The position numbers and the translations under genes were made by a program. Under the pieces are notes generated by a model, which saw nothing but the letters and a program-made list of their open reading frames with translations, was not told the DNA's origin and ran no database searches. 64,000 nucleotides of DNA from Promethearchaeati archaeon. Lineage in GTDB: Archaea > Asgardarchaeota > Heimdallarchaeia > Heimdallarchaeales > Heimdallarchaeaceae. The stretch lies in assembly GCA_013166775.1 (NCBI GenBank), contig JABLTJ010000002.1, positions 78,264 through 142,263 of the forward strand, written 5' to 3'. Positions 10,352 through 20,095 of the stretch are shown in pieces (positions within the stretch are counted from its first letter, which is position 1; the number at the start of each line of letters is the position of its first letter).

Positions 10352-10618
10352 ATGGAACTAAAAGTAATGTTCTTCACAAGTCCAACATGTGGTTGGTGTC
10401 CATTTGTTGAAGGAATATTAAAGAAAATAATCGATGAAGTAAGCCATCTGACTTTGGAGATTATTGATATTTCTAAAGAAGTAGATAAAGCTGAAGAATA
10501 TGAAATAGTTGCCATACCAACTATCATTCTTCCAAATAACCAAAGAATTATTGGAGGAGCTGACGAAGCTTTTATTCGAGAACAACTAAATTTCTTTGTG
10601 TTTATGGGACAAAGTTAA
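10352..10618 (+). CDS. thioredoxin/glutaredoxin-like small redox protein
   Basis: CGWC active site in a roughly 85 aa thioredoxin fold, with VAIPT downstream. Confidence 0.6.
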   Translation: MELKVMFFTSPTCGWCPFVEGILKKIIDEVSHLTLEIIDISKEVDKAEEYEIVAIPTIILPNNQRIIGGADEAFIREQLNFFVFMGQS

Positions 10619-10642
10619 AAAAATCTGCAACTTACTTCCTTT

Positions 10643-11998
10643 ATGAATAATTCCGATGAAGTGCTAGAGAAACTACTTGGAAAGAGCTTCACTCAAAATA
10701 CAATTTTACACAGAATTAAAGACTTATGTCTTTTGGGAAGTAGATTTTCAGGTACAGAGAGTGAGAAAAATGCTCAACAGTATATGATTGATTTTCTTTC
10801 TGAATTGAATGTTAGTAAACAGGAGTATGAATTCGAATACCAAGGTTGGTGGAGAGGAGCGTGTAATTTCTATATAAGAACTGATGCGAAAAGAGAATTT
10901 CCTGCTATTTCTTTAGTTCTAGCACCTTCAACTCCAGATGAAGGAACTAAAGGAAGAATCATAGATTGTGGAGGAGGGTCGGTAACAGAAATGAACCGAT
11001 TGAAGGAAATTATACCTGGAAATATCGCAATGGTTCATTCTGGGAATACTGAGGAAGGTTGGTTGCATAGAAGGATAAAATATGCAAATGCGTACAAGTT
11101 CGGTGCGAGTGGATTCATATTTGCAAATCATAATCCAGGTCAATTATTTCCAACTGGAAGTGTTAGATCAAATCGAATAGGTGAGATACCAGCAATTGGA
11201 ATATCAAAAGAATCTTACGAATACATAAAAGAAATGATGAATAGATATGAAGATGTAACAGGAAAAATAACAGTTTACAACAATTATGAAAATACAACTT
11301 CTAAACATATTATTTGGGAAATACCAGGAGTACAAAAGGACGAAGTAATTATTATTGGTGGTCACTATGATGGTCATGATATTGCTCAAGGAGCAACAGA
11401 TAATGCTGCGTCTATAGCTGTTTTATTAGAACTAACAAAATTGATGGTTGAGAATAATTATGTTCCTTATAGGACAATTCGATTTATTGCCTTTGCAGTA
11501 GAAGAATTCGGTGTAGTGGGTTCGAACATTCTTGTCAATGATAAAGGAGTGAAAAACATTGTTGCTATGATTAATTTCGATGGTTTAGTAGGTCACATCC
11601 CCAAGCATATTGCTTGTAATGGATATGAGGAACTGTACAAAGCAATGTTGAAATTAAAAGAGGAATTACTCTATGAGCCAAAAATTTCAAAGAGTATTAT
11701 TACAGCAAGCGATAATTTTCCATATATGTGCAAAGGAATACCAAATTTCTGTGTATATGGAGAGAAACCTGACCCAAGAGCTGGAAGAGGATATGGTCAT
11801 ACATCTGCAGACACCTTTGATAAGATTTCCAAAGTAGATGCGAAACTGTCACTAGCTTTTGCATTAGTATTCATTGATAAATTTAGTAAGTTAGCTGAAT
11901 TACCAAAGAGATTATCAGATTCCGAAGTAGTGAAAATACTTAGAGATGCTAAATTGGAAGAGAATCTGAAATTACTAGAAAAATGGCCTTTCAAGTAA
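10643..11998 (+). CDS. M28 family metallo-aminopeptidase (with PA-like insert)
   Basis: Zinc-ligand motifs HYDGHD and DNAASIAVLLEL, EEFG and DGLVGH. Confidence 0.75.
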   Translation: MNNSDEVLEKLLGKSFTQNTILHRIKDLCLLGSRFSGTESEKNAQQYMIDFLSELNVSKQEYEFEYQGWWRGACNFYIRTDAKREFPAISLVLAPSTPDEGTKGRIIDCGGGSVTEMNRLKEIIPGNIAMVHSGNTEEGWLHRRIKYANAYKFGASGFIFANHNPGQLFPTGSVRSNRIGEIPAIGISKESYEYIKEMMNRYEDVTGKITVYNNYENTTSKHIIWEIPGVQKDEVIIIGGHYDGHDIAQGATDNAASIAVLLELTKLMVENNYVPYRTIRFIAFAVEEFGVVGSNILVNDKGVKNIVAMINFDGLVGHIPKHIACNGYEELYKAMLKLKEELLYEPKISKSIITASDNFPYMCKGIPNFCVYGEKPDPRAGRGYGHTSADTFDKISKVDAKLSLAFALVFIDKFSKLAELPKRLSDSEVVKILRDAKLEENLKLLEKWPFK

Positions 11999-12629
11999 AC
12001 TTCAGAACAAAAACTATTTTTTCTTCTTTCTTCTCGGAAAAAATCTTTCCCTCTTTCTTCATATATTCTCTATATTCATCTCCAAATTCTTCTAGAAGAA
12101 TCTCTTCTTCATTTTTTGTTGTTATAACATATCCAGGAATACCTAGCAATAGGACAAGTAGATAAGGGGAATGTGTTACAAGTGGGAGACCAATAAAACA
12201 AACAATAGACATAGTATATTCAGGATGACGAACGATAGCTTATCCCCACTTTGTAACTAGTTTTGAACTATCTATAGCCAGATAAGCACTTCTCCCAATT
12301 CTTCCAAATGAAGCGATGATAATTCCAATAGTCATCAAAAACATTCCAATTAATACCAAAACAACTTGAGCTATAAATGGGAGGTAAATTGTAAGAAATA
12401 GGACTTTTCTGGTTTAGTATAGAATAGGTGCAATGAAAATATATACCCAAAAGAAAACTGTTGGGAAAAAGACAAAAATCCCTTCAAGAATAGATTTGAA
12501 AGATGCATTGGGGTATGAAGCTTTACCCTTCTTAATCAGCATATAAATGTCGAAAGGAATGTGAGTAAGAATATAAACACTAAGAAAACTAATTAGAAAT
12601 TTGTGTATTAAATCACCAATATAAACCAT
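11991..12629 (-). pseudogene. isoprenylcysteine carboxyl methyltransferase (ICMT/PEMT) family gene interrupted by two in-frame TAA codons
   Basis: A single frame of 213 codons reads ...PTVFFWVYIFIAPILY*TRKVLFLTIYLPF...LVTKWG*AIVRHPEYTMSIV...EEEILLEEFGDEYREYMKK. The RHPxY and EE..L...FG..Y motifs are intact. TAA stops lie at 12414-12416 and 12240-12242. Confidence 0.55.
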
Positions 12630-12696
12630 ATAATCACAAATTCTAATTTATTATAGAGCAGATTTAGTGTTGTAATTGAGGAAAAAAAAAGAAAAA

Positions 12697-14508
12697 TTAT
12701 TTATTAACTTTTCTCGACACATATACTGATACTATTCCAGAGAACATGAATATTATTAAAAGAACATTACTATACTCAGAAATTGTTGAAAAATAACCTG
12801 CTTCTTCCATTAATGTAGTAGCTAGACTTATATCATAAGTATAGGGAGTAAGGCTATTATCAAAATCTACGCAGCCATCAGGCATTGTACTTACAGCAGG
12901 AAATCCCAATCCGTTTAAAATATCATCAACAATTGTTTGACGAGGAATACAGTGACTTATTGCATGTCTAACTTTCTTAGCTGCTTCTGGTGTTCCAACT
13001 GGAGTAAGTTCACCTGTACCTAGTACAGGATGTTTCATGTTAATTGATAATTCTCCGTGCCTAAGATTTGTAACAAGAACACCTTCAATTCCAGTAACAC
13101 CTTCAAAATCTGTCCAATCTGGGAAGAATTGAGCATCCATAATGTCTATTGTTCCATCAATTAATGAAGCAACAGCTGAATCTTTACCTGAAATGAATGC
13201 TAGATAGAATTCATCTAAATCTACTGGGTCTCCAAGCCAATATGGATTAGGTTCTAGCTTTACTACACTATTTACTATATCAAAAGCTGTAAGCATCATT
13301 GGACCACAAGATTTGACAAGTGCAGCACCATCGCCGTTAACATCTGCAACGCTGAAAGGCATGATATCAAGAATACCCCATCCACGAGCATTAATACGAG
13401 GTTCAACATCACTTTTATCAAGAATTGGAATGTTATACAAATATTCCCAGAAATTGTAAATGCCTGTCATTTCAAAGGTAACATTTCCACCAGCTACATT
13501 GCCAGTATCTGCGTCAACTGCAATAGAAGAGTTGTCACCAAACCAATATACCATGGTTGAATAATCTGCTGAACCAGATAATGGTGTCATATGCATTTGG
13601 TAGCTGTAAACAATATCCTCAGGAATGACTTCTTCTCCATCACTGAATTTAGCTAGTGGGTCTAGTTTCATTTCAACGGTTTGTGTTCCTGCAACAAGAT
13701 TGAATTCAGTATACAGAGATTCTGCAACTTCTGGTTCCCAGCCATGGGTTCCTTGAGCTCGTTTTAATGGACAGCCATAAACTTGACTCATCCATTGTTT
13801 ATCGTAAAATGATTCAGCTCCGAAGATGTTTGGTTCGCTCAAATCAGAAGGGATTCCATATTTGATTATATTATCATCTGGGTCATCCCAGTACTCGATA
13901 CGGTAATTGGAAGTAGATAGTAACAAATTATCGATTCCTGTAAGTCCTTCTTTGAATCCAAAGAGATCACCGCGGTAGATTATTCCAATAGCTGGAAGAT
14001 CTTCATAGATTATTGCTTGTAGTTGATGAGAGTTACTCATTCTCTCAGTAAAATCAACAGAGGTAAGATATTGCTCAAATATTGCATCATATGTTGGATT
14101 TGAATATTGGTAATAGTTGTCGCCAAGAGGGATTATAGCTGTGGTTTCATACATACTCGCTAAATCTCCATCTAAATCCCAAAGCCATCCTACAAAGAGG
14201 ACATCATATCCACCATCTTCAAATGTTGGAATATGATCATATTCGACACCAACTGGATAAGCCCAAGTTCGTGGAGCGATGTTGCCCCAACCTGTTAAGT
14301 CTTCGAAAGAAACATTTATTCCAATTTTAGCTATTTCTTGTTCAATTAAATTAGCCCATTGAATTCTAGCTGGATTAGTATTTGGTGTTAAGAAATTTAT
14401 ATAAATGACTGGATCTGGATTTTGACCTTGTACTCCTAACAAGAAGTTTGGTGTAAGTAAAATCAATATTAAAATGAATATATCGAATTTTGTTTTCATT
14501 TTTATCAC
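12697..14508 (-). CDS. extracellular solute-binding protein family 5-like, C-terminally membrane-anchored
   Basis: Signal peptide and C-terminal TM helix (archaeal-type anchor). It is a paralog of 15797-17635, sharing YQYSNPTYDA and MKHPVLGTGELTPxGTPEAAK blocks. The family assignment is tentative. Confidence 0.45.
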   Translation of the reverse strand: MIKMKTKFDIFILILILLTPNFLLGVQGQNPDPVIYINFLTPNTNPARIQWANLIEQEIAKIGINVSFEDLTGWGNIAPRTWAYPVGVEYDHIPTFEDGGYDVLFVGWLWDLDGDLASMYETTAIIPLGDNYYQYSNPTYDAIFEQYLTSVDFTERMSNSHQLQAIIYEDLPAIGIIYRGDLFGFKEGLTGIDNLLLSTSNYRIEYWDDPDDNIIKYGIPSDLSEPNIFGAESFYDKQWMSQVYGCPLKRAQGTHGWEPEVAESLYTEFNLVAGTQTVEMKLDPLAKFSDGEEVIPEDIVYSYQMHMTPLSGSADYSTMVYWFGDNSSIAVDADTGNVAGGNVTFEMTGIYNFWEYLYNIPILDKSDVEPRINARGWGILDIMPFSVADVNGDGAALVKSCGPMMLTAFDIVNSVVKLEPNPYWLGDPVDLDEFYLAFISGKDSAVASLIDGTIDIMDAQFFPDWTDFEGVTGIEGVLVTNLRHGELSINMKHPVLGTGELTPVGTPEAAKKVRHAISHCIPRQTIVDDILNGLGFPAVSTMPDGCVDFDNSLTPYTYDISLATTLMEEAGYFSTISEYSNVLLIIFMFSGIVSVYVSRKVNK

Positions 14509-14612
14509 TTTTTAATTAATCAAATCAAATCTTGATAGAATAAAAATAAAAAGCTTTTGCATTATATTTATAAAGTGAATATTTTAATGAAATACTAAAA
14601 TAAATAATTCGA

Positions 14613-15713
14613 TTAAATCAATTTAAACAGGTTAACTTTTCTTGAAAATGCTCTTTTGAACATCCATCTTATTAAATTTTTTGGACGTTTGGAAATCTCT
14701 GAAGCTTTTCTTGGAATTAAACTCATTGCATCCTTTGGACATACAATTGCACATACACCACACCCCACACATTTATCATTAGAAACGCACTTTCTATCAT
14801 CAACTTCCAGTGCATTAAACTGACATCGAGCTATACATTTTCCACAACCTATGCAATCTTCTTCGTTAATTGAGATTCTGTAATCAGATTTAACAAAAGC
14901 GTGAGGTTGATTCCATTCTGTTAATCCTCTAAGGACACCACAACAGCATGTGCAACAATTGCAAATATATTTATGGCCTAATTCTACATTCATTGATGTA
15001 TGGATAAGACCTGCTTCTTCCGTTTCTTTGAGGATTTCTAGAGATCTTTCCTTTGTAATTGGTTCTGTTCTAATGCTATTCTCGTAGGCATTCTCTCGAC
15101 TTGAAAAAGTCATACAAACCTTTGTAGGATACTTACAAGGATTCTCTCTTATCATTTCCTGTTGTACTTTGCAGATACAGTCTCTTATTCCCCAGCTTTT
15201 TGCGTCTCTCACAATGTTCTCTGCTTCATCATAAGTATGGATTTCAAGCTCTGTTTTTATCACTCTCTTAACTGGTACAACTCTTTGAATGGGAGGAGTT
15301 GATGAAAATAAGACTTCCCCTTGAGTTTTTTGGACATAATCTTCGAACAGCTGTGCAAATTCAGAATCCATTCTGTGAATCTGTTCTTCATAAATTCCAA
15401 CAACAAACGGTAGCACACCGTATTTCTTTTTACCTTTAGATCTTCGAATATGAATTTGCCCTTTCTCTTTCATGATTTTGAGCTTTGCTGCTAGTTTTTT
15501 AATAGGAATCTTCAATCGCTTGGACATTTTCTCAACTGTTTCTCCTGAAAGCTTCATCTTACTGGCAAGTTCAGCTTCATCAGGTTCAAAAATCCATTGT
15601 AAAAGTTTCAAGTGGGTACCATCTTCTACAGTAGCGAATCCATTAGGAATTCTATTGAGTGTCTTAGATAATTCATGGTAAGGGTCGTAAGTCCTCTTCA
15701 CAGCTTTAGTCAA
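14613..15713 (-). CDS. winged-helix / 4Fe-4S dicluster ferredoxin-domain protein (putative redox-sensing regulator)
   Basis: N-terminal HTH-like region, then cysteine cluster CNCCTCCCG and two ferredoxin motifs CIGCGKCIARC and CVGCGVCAIVCP. Confidence 0.5.
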   Translation of the reverse strand: MTKAVKRTYDPYHELSKTLNRIPNGFATVEDGTHLKLLQWIFEPDEAELASKMKLSGETVEKMSKRLKIPIKKLAAKLKIMKEKGQIHIRRSKGKKKYGVLPFVVGIYEEQIHRMDSEFAQLFEDYVQKTQGEVLFSSTPPIQRVVPVKRVIKTELEIHTYDEAENIVRDAKSWGIRDCICKVQQEMIRENPCKYPTKVCMTFSSRENAYENSIRTEPITKERSLEILKETEEAGLIHTSMNVELGHKYICNCCTCCCGVLRGLTEWNQPHAFVKSDYRISINEEDCIGCGKCIARCQFNALEVDDRKCVSNDKCVGCGVCAIVCPKDAMSLIPRKASEISKRPKNLIRWMFKRAFSRKVNLFKLI

Positions 15714-15796
15714 TATATCCGCGTCCTGATTTATTGAGTTGTGGAAAGCTTACTAAAAAAGATTCACTTGAAACAAATAAAGAAAAAGCTTGGAAT

Positions 15797-17635
15797 TTAT
15801 TTCTTTCTTCTAGAAAAAATGACTAGCATTGTAATAAATGAACAACCTAGAAGAGAGAATATTGTGCTAAAGGTAATAAGCAATTCTTTTTGTTCTTCTT
15901 TTAAAATTTGGTAGTTTTCGAATGGATTGAAGGGAAAATCGGAAAGACCTCCATCTGACATAAAATCACTAGCTAACTCAATATCAAAACGACGAGGTTC
16001 TAAATATTCACTAAAGCCAACACATCCATCTGGTATACTTGTTACCCCTGGTATTGCATTATCTTTAATCAATACGTCACTTATATATTGCCTTGGAATG
16101 GCATGACTAATACCTTTTCTTATCAATTTAGCAGCTTCAGGTGTTCCTATTGGTGTCAACTCACCGGTGCCTAACACCGGATGTTTCATGTTTACTGCAA
16201 TAATTTCTGTAAAAAACGATTTGCTATAAACTGGAATCATGTCACTGATATTTTCAATATCTGAGTATTTTAAGTAGTATTTTGAGTCTATTATATCAAC
16301 CTGGTTATCTATAAATTTCTGTAAGACTAGGTTTTTATCCTGGATTCTTAAGAAATTTATTTCATCAAAATGAGGGGTAGGACCAAACCAAAATTCATTA
16401 GGTATTAATCTCACCGTTTGATCACTTTGGTTATAATCCTTCATTTTAAACGGCCCACAAGAAGTAACAAGTGAATCATTTATATCAACCGAAAAGGGTG
16501 CATCATTAAAGATATCATAACCATATAAACTGACAAGAGGTTCTATTTCACTCTTATCAATAATACCAAATGACAATAGTTTGAGGTGGTGACTATAAGG
16601 TTGTGATACAAGGAATTCAACTCTATCTACATCTTTGATACTTATTGAAGAATTTGATAGGAACCAATCTGTAAGGTAATCGTAAGCAGAGGAATTAACA
16701 TCTGGAGTTAGGTGAAGCTGGTAAGTATAAACTATATCTTCAGCAAGAACTGATTCTCCATTACTAAATGTCGCATTTGAGTTTATATCTACTGTTAAAT
16801 TAATTATATTACTTGGTTTAAGGATAGCAGAATAATTTTGAGCTATTACAGGTTCCCAGTTATGATGTCCTTGTCCTCTTTGAAACAAGGAAGCATATAC
16901 ACATTGTGACCAAAGAGCATCAGAGTTTATTGGATCATTAAACTGATCATATTCGATTCTGAAACAATTAAAGTTTGAGAATTCATCTGGTTGTGAGTAA
17001 ATTAGTTTACTATCAGTACTACTATTCCAATATTCCGATCTATGATTTCTTTTCAGTAACAATGTTGGATCAACATTGTAGGATTCATTCCTATAGCAGA
17101 ACATCTCTTTGAGATAGGAGATCGAGATATCAGGTTGATCTTCAAAAAGAAATTTTTGGAGAATTTCTGCACGATTTAACTGTTCAAAAGGTTCCAATTC
17201 TTCAATAAATGCATTTAGTACTGCATCATATGTTGGATTGCTATACTGATAGAAATTGTCTCCATCAGGTGTTATAGCTGCTGTATCATATAATCCTTGT
17301 ATGTTTAAATCTAAACCCCATTCTTTTCCTAGAAAAATGATATCATATCCACCATTTTGATATATTGGAATATAATCATAATCAATCATCGGATAAGACC
17401 AAGTTCTTTGAGAAATATCACTCTTAGATTTTACATCAAAATTTGTAACACCAACTCCTATATTTTCAAATATCTCAGTTAGATACGATGCTATTTCTAT
17501 TCGGTCCCTACTATCTTCTAAAACCAGAATACTAATTGAAAATGCTGTCTCCTGTTTGTAATTTTGAGTTAGTGTAATTGTTGGTCCAATTAAGAATGAG
17601 ATAATGAAAATAATCACAAGCGTTTTCTTATTCAT
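15797..17635 (-). CDS. extracellular solute-binding protein family 5-like paralog, C-terminal TM anchor
   Basis: Signal peptide and C-terminal TM helix. Paralog of 12697-14508. Confidence 0.45.
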   Translation of the reverse strand: MNKKTLVIIFIISFLIGPTITLTQNYKQETAFSISILVLEDSRDRIEIASYLTEIFENIGVGVTNFDVKSKSDISQRTWSYPMIDYDYIPIYQNGGYDIIFLGKEWGLDLNIQGLYDTAAITPDGDNFYQYSNPTYDAVLNAFIEELEPFEQLNRAEILQKFLFEDQPDISISYLKEMFCYRNESYNVDPTLLLKRNHRSEYWNSSTDSKLIYSQPDEFSNFNCFRIEYDQFNDPINSDALWSQCVYASLFQRGQGHHNWEPVIAQNYSAILKPSNIINLTVDINSNATFSNGESVLAEDIVYTYQLHLTPDVNSSAYDYLTDWFLSNSSISIKDVDRVEFLVSQPYSHHLKLLSFGIIDKSEIEPLVSLYGYDIFNDAPFSVDINDSLVTSCGPFKMKDYNQSDQTVRLIPNEFWFGPTPHFDEINFLRIQDKNLVLQKFIDNQVDIIDSKYYLKYSDIENISDMIPVYSKSFFTEIIAVNMKHPVLGTGELTPIGTPEAAKLIRKGISHAIPRQYISDVLIKDNAIPGVTSIPDGCVGFSEYLEPRRFDIELASDFMSDGGLSDFPFNPFENYQILKEEQKELLITFSTIFSLLGCSFITMLVIFSRRKK

Positions 17636-18534
17636 TTTCTACCCTCCACAATTCTTTTCTTTCTAGAGATTAAAGAAAAAGGTATTATTACAACTGCATT
17701 TAATGTAGCTAGTATAATACTGTAAATTTTCATCTTTCTAATTCTTTGTTCTTGCCTAATAAGTGTTTTATCGAATTTCATTCCTACATAATCTTCTTCG
17801 ATATATTCATTGTCCCAGAACCATATGTAAGAAGTTGAATTCAGATTTTCAATAATCTGAAGTTTTTGAGAAAGGGTTCCTTCGGAATTATCTATTACTC
17901 TTTCTGGTTGGTATCCTTCTATTCTGAATTCTACTCTTTCAGTTATATTACCTTTCCAGGATCTTCCCGTACCAACATCATAGACATAATAAAATTCATC
18001 ATTGCTAGTATTCCAGCTATATTCAACAGAAGTAAACGTTCCTCCTTCAAAAGTAATATTAGAAAGAATGAAATCTCTTTCATAATAGTTTATCAGATAT
18101 CTATTCCACTGAAAAAAAACATTATCAGTTATCTCAGTAAAATTATGCTGTATTTCACGTCCATTTACTTTAACCAATAAAGAATCAACAAAACCTTGAT
18201 CAACACCATAAAAAGGTGCTGCAATTGTCAGAGTTATAGTTTCGTGTGGATTGTAAAATTTATAGGAACCTAGAAAACTTACTTCAAATAATTCTTGATG
18301 AATACCTTTAGATGGATTTGATTTAATTGTCATTTTTACATCTGCGTTTTTCATTGAAATATTATAATTGGTCTTACTTGGGATAATACCTCCCATCGTT
18401 AATCCATTATAATAATAATAAGATACATAAATTGGATTAGCTGCTGATTTGTTCATAGGTAAGGTGATACTTCCAGTTAGAAATAATAGGATAATCAACA
18501 TTATTCTTTTATTATGAGTAGAAATTACAGACAT
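17632..18534 (-). CDS. hypothetical membrane-anchored secreted protein
   Basis: N-terminal signal/TM segment and C-terminal TM helix with a basic tail. Overlaps the upstream SBP gene by 4 nt. Confidence 0.4.
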   Translation of the reverse strand: MSVISTHNKRIMLIILLFLTGSITLPMNKSAANPIYVSYYYYNGLTMGGIIPSKTNYNISMKNADVKMTIKSNPSKGIHQELFEVSFLGSYKFYNPHETITLTIAAPFYGVDQGFVDSLLVKVNGREIQHNFTEITDNVFFQWNRYLINYYERDFILSNITFEGGTFTSVEYSWNTSNDEFYYVYDVGTGRSWKGNITERVEFRIEGYQPERVIDNSEGTLSQKLQIIENLNSTSYIWFWDNEYIEEDYVGMKFDKTLIRQEQRIRKMKIYSIILATLNAVVIIPFSLISRKKRIVEGRK

Positions 18535-18680
18535 ATCCCATATACTATAGTTTCAAACCCTTAAATTATTTTCTAGTATGTTTCAAGGATTGGAATTATA
18601 TCTTTTTTGCATTTTACCAGAAAAGAGAATAGTCAGACACTAGTAATTCAGTTATTAGAACCAAAATATCCTAATTCTAA

Positions 18681-19130
18681 TCATGCTCCAATTCTTTCTT
18701 GTTTTTCTAGATTTTTCAGTATATTTGCAATATTTTCTTCGATTTCGTCGATTTCAGTAGGTGAAAAACCTTCATAGTAAATACTACTCATTTCTAATAC
18801 TATCTTAAAATATCTTTCAAAATCTTGTTGAAATTTGTCCAACAGTTTTATCAGATGCTTTCTTCTATCTTTCTTCGAAGGAACTCTTTTTACAAGTTTT
18901 TTACTTTCAAGTTTATCTATAACTACTGTTAATGTTGAATTGCTTAATGAAGTTCGATCCGATAATTCTTGCATAGAGATTAAATCTTGCTCTTTAAGTG
19001 CAAACAAAACCCGACCTTGTGACGGATTTAAATCGGCTAAATCATTTTCCCTTAATTTTCTTTGAAACAATCTATCAGAAATCTGGTGGATTTGAGCGAT
19101 ATTTAATCCTATTTTCGAAGGTTTTTTCAT
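18681..19130 (-). CDS. MarR family transcriptional regulator
   Basis: Winged-helix segment LSPSQGRVLFAL...LVKRVPSKKDRRKHLIKL. Confidence 0.8.
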   Translation of the reverse strand: MKKPSKIGLNIAQIHQISDRLFQRKLRENDLADLNPSQGRVLFALKEQDLISMQELSDRTSLSNSTLTVVIDKLESKKLVKRVPSKKDRRKHLIKLLDKFQQDFERYFKIVLEMSSIYYEGFSPTEIDEIEENIANILKNLEKQERIGA

Positions 19131-19164
19131 CTATGAATCCACCTATTCAGACACAAATAAATCT

Positions 19165-19191
19165 TTCGAATGCGTAATTTACGGTTTCGAA
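19165..19191. promoter_or_regulatory. 27-bp imperfect palindrome in the divergent MarR/NmrA-like intergenic region (candidate MarR operator)
   Basis: TTCGAAtgCGTAAtTTACGgtTTCGAA, with a perfect CGTAA-T-TTACG core flanked by TTCGAA. Confidence 0.3.
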
Positions 19192-19243
19192 ATATTTTTA
19201 AACTTCCAATTAATTTTATTTTGGGTGAATCTAAATTACTAAT

Positions 19244-20083
19244 ATACTAGTTACTGGCGCTACAGGTAATGTAGGTAGGGAAGTAATCAAATTTCTAATA
19301 GATGAAGATGTAACTGTTTTTGCAGCTGATATCAATCCGGAAATTGTTAAAATACGATTTGGTGATGACGTTCAATTTCGCAAACTTGACTTTTATGATC
19401 CCACAACTTTTGAATCAAGTCTGGAAGGTATGGGTCGAGTTTTCCTAATGCGACCTCCGCAAATAGGCAAAGTAAAGAAATACATGTTCCCATTTATAGA
19501 TTTAATCAAAAAGAAAGGGATAAAACATGTTGTAACTCTTTCAATAGCTGATGCAATGCCTTTTGTTCCCCATTATAAAATAGAAAAATATCTCGAGAAA
19601 TCAAAAATAATCTACACACATATTCGAGCAGGATACTTCATGCAGAATCTGTCAACAACACACAAAGAAGTTATTCAGAAAGAAAAAGACATTTTCATTC
19701 CTGCTGGAGATGGAAAGATTAGTTTCACTGACGCAAGAGATATTGCAGAGGTTGCTGCTACCATATTGATGAAAGGAACACATAAAAACCGTACACTCAA
19801 AATTACTGGAGATGCTGCACATAATTTCTATGAAGTAGCAGAGAAAATGTCCTCAATAACAAATCAACCCATTAAGTATAGTAATCCTACAGGAAAAGAA
19901 TTTAAGAAAAAAATGCTGAGTTACAAATTTGACAAAGGAATGGTCAGAATAATGGGTTTTATTTATTCTGCCATAAAAAATCATAAATCTGACAAAACTT
20001 ATCCCGACTTCAAGAAACTATTAAAGAAAGATCCTATAACTATTGACCAGTACATTGAGGATTATGCTGAGAATTGGTTATAA
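19244..20083 (+). CDS. NmrA-like NAD(P)-binding oxidoreductase (atypical SDR)
   Basis: The Rossmann motif ILVTGATGNVG is encoded in-frame upstream of the first ATG (19430). Between the in-frame stop at 19232 and the glycine loop there is no ATG/GTG/TTG, so the N-terminal boundary is uncertain. Confidence 0.6.
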   Translation: MLVTGATGNVGREVIKFLIDEDVTVFAADINPEIVKIRFGDDVQFRKLDFYDPTTFESSLEGMGRVFLMRPPQIGKVKKYMFPFIDLIKKKGIKHVVTLSIADAMPFVPHYKIEKYLEKSKIIYTHIRAGYFMQNLSTTHKEVIQKEKDIFIPAGDGKISFTDARDIAEVAATILMKGTHKNRTLKITGDAAHNFYEVAEKMSSITNQPIKYSNPTGKEFKKKMLSYKFDKGMVRIMGFIYSAIKNHKSDKTYPDFKKLLKKDPITIDQYIEDYAENWL

Positions 20084-20095
20084 AGTACAGAAACA

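Noticed and set aside
12268-12450. 60 aa ORF called between the ICMT fragments
   Set aside because: It is in a different frame from the ICMT-family reading frame, which carries the membrane helices and the RHPxY motif. The translation is not membrane-like and it is likely spurious.
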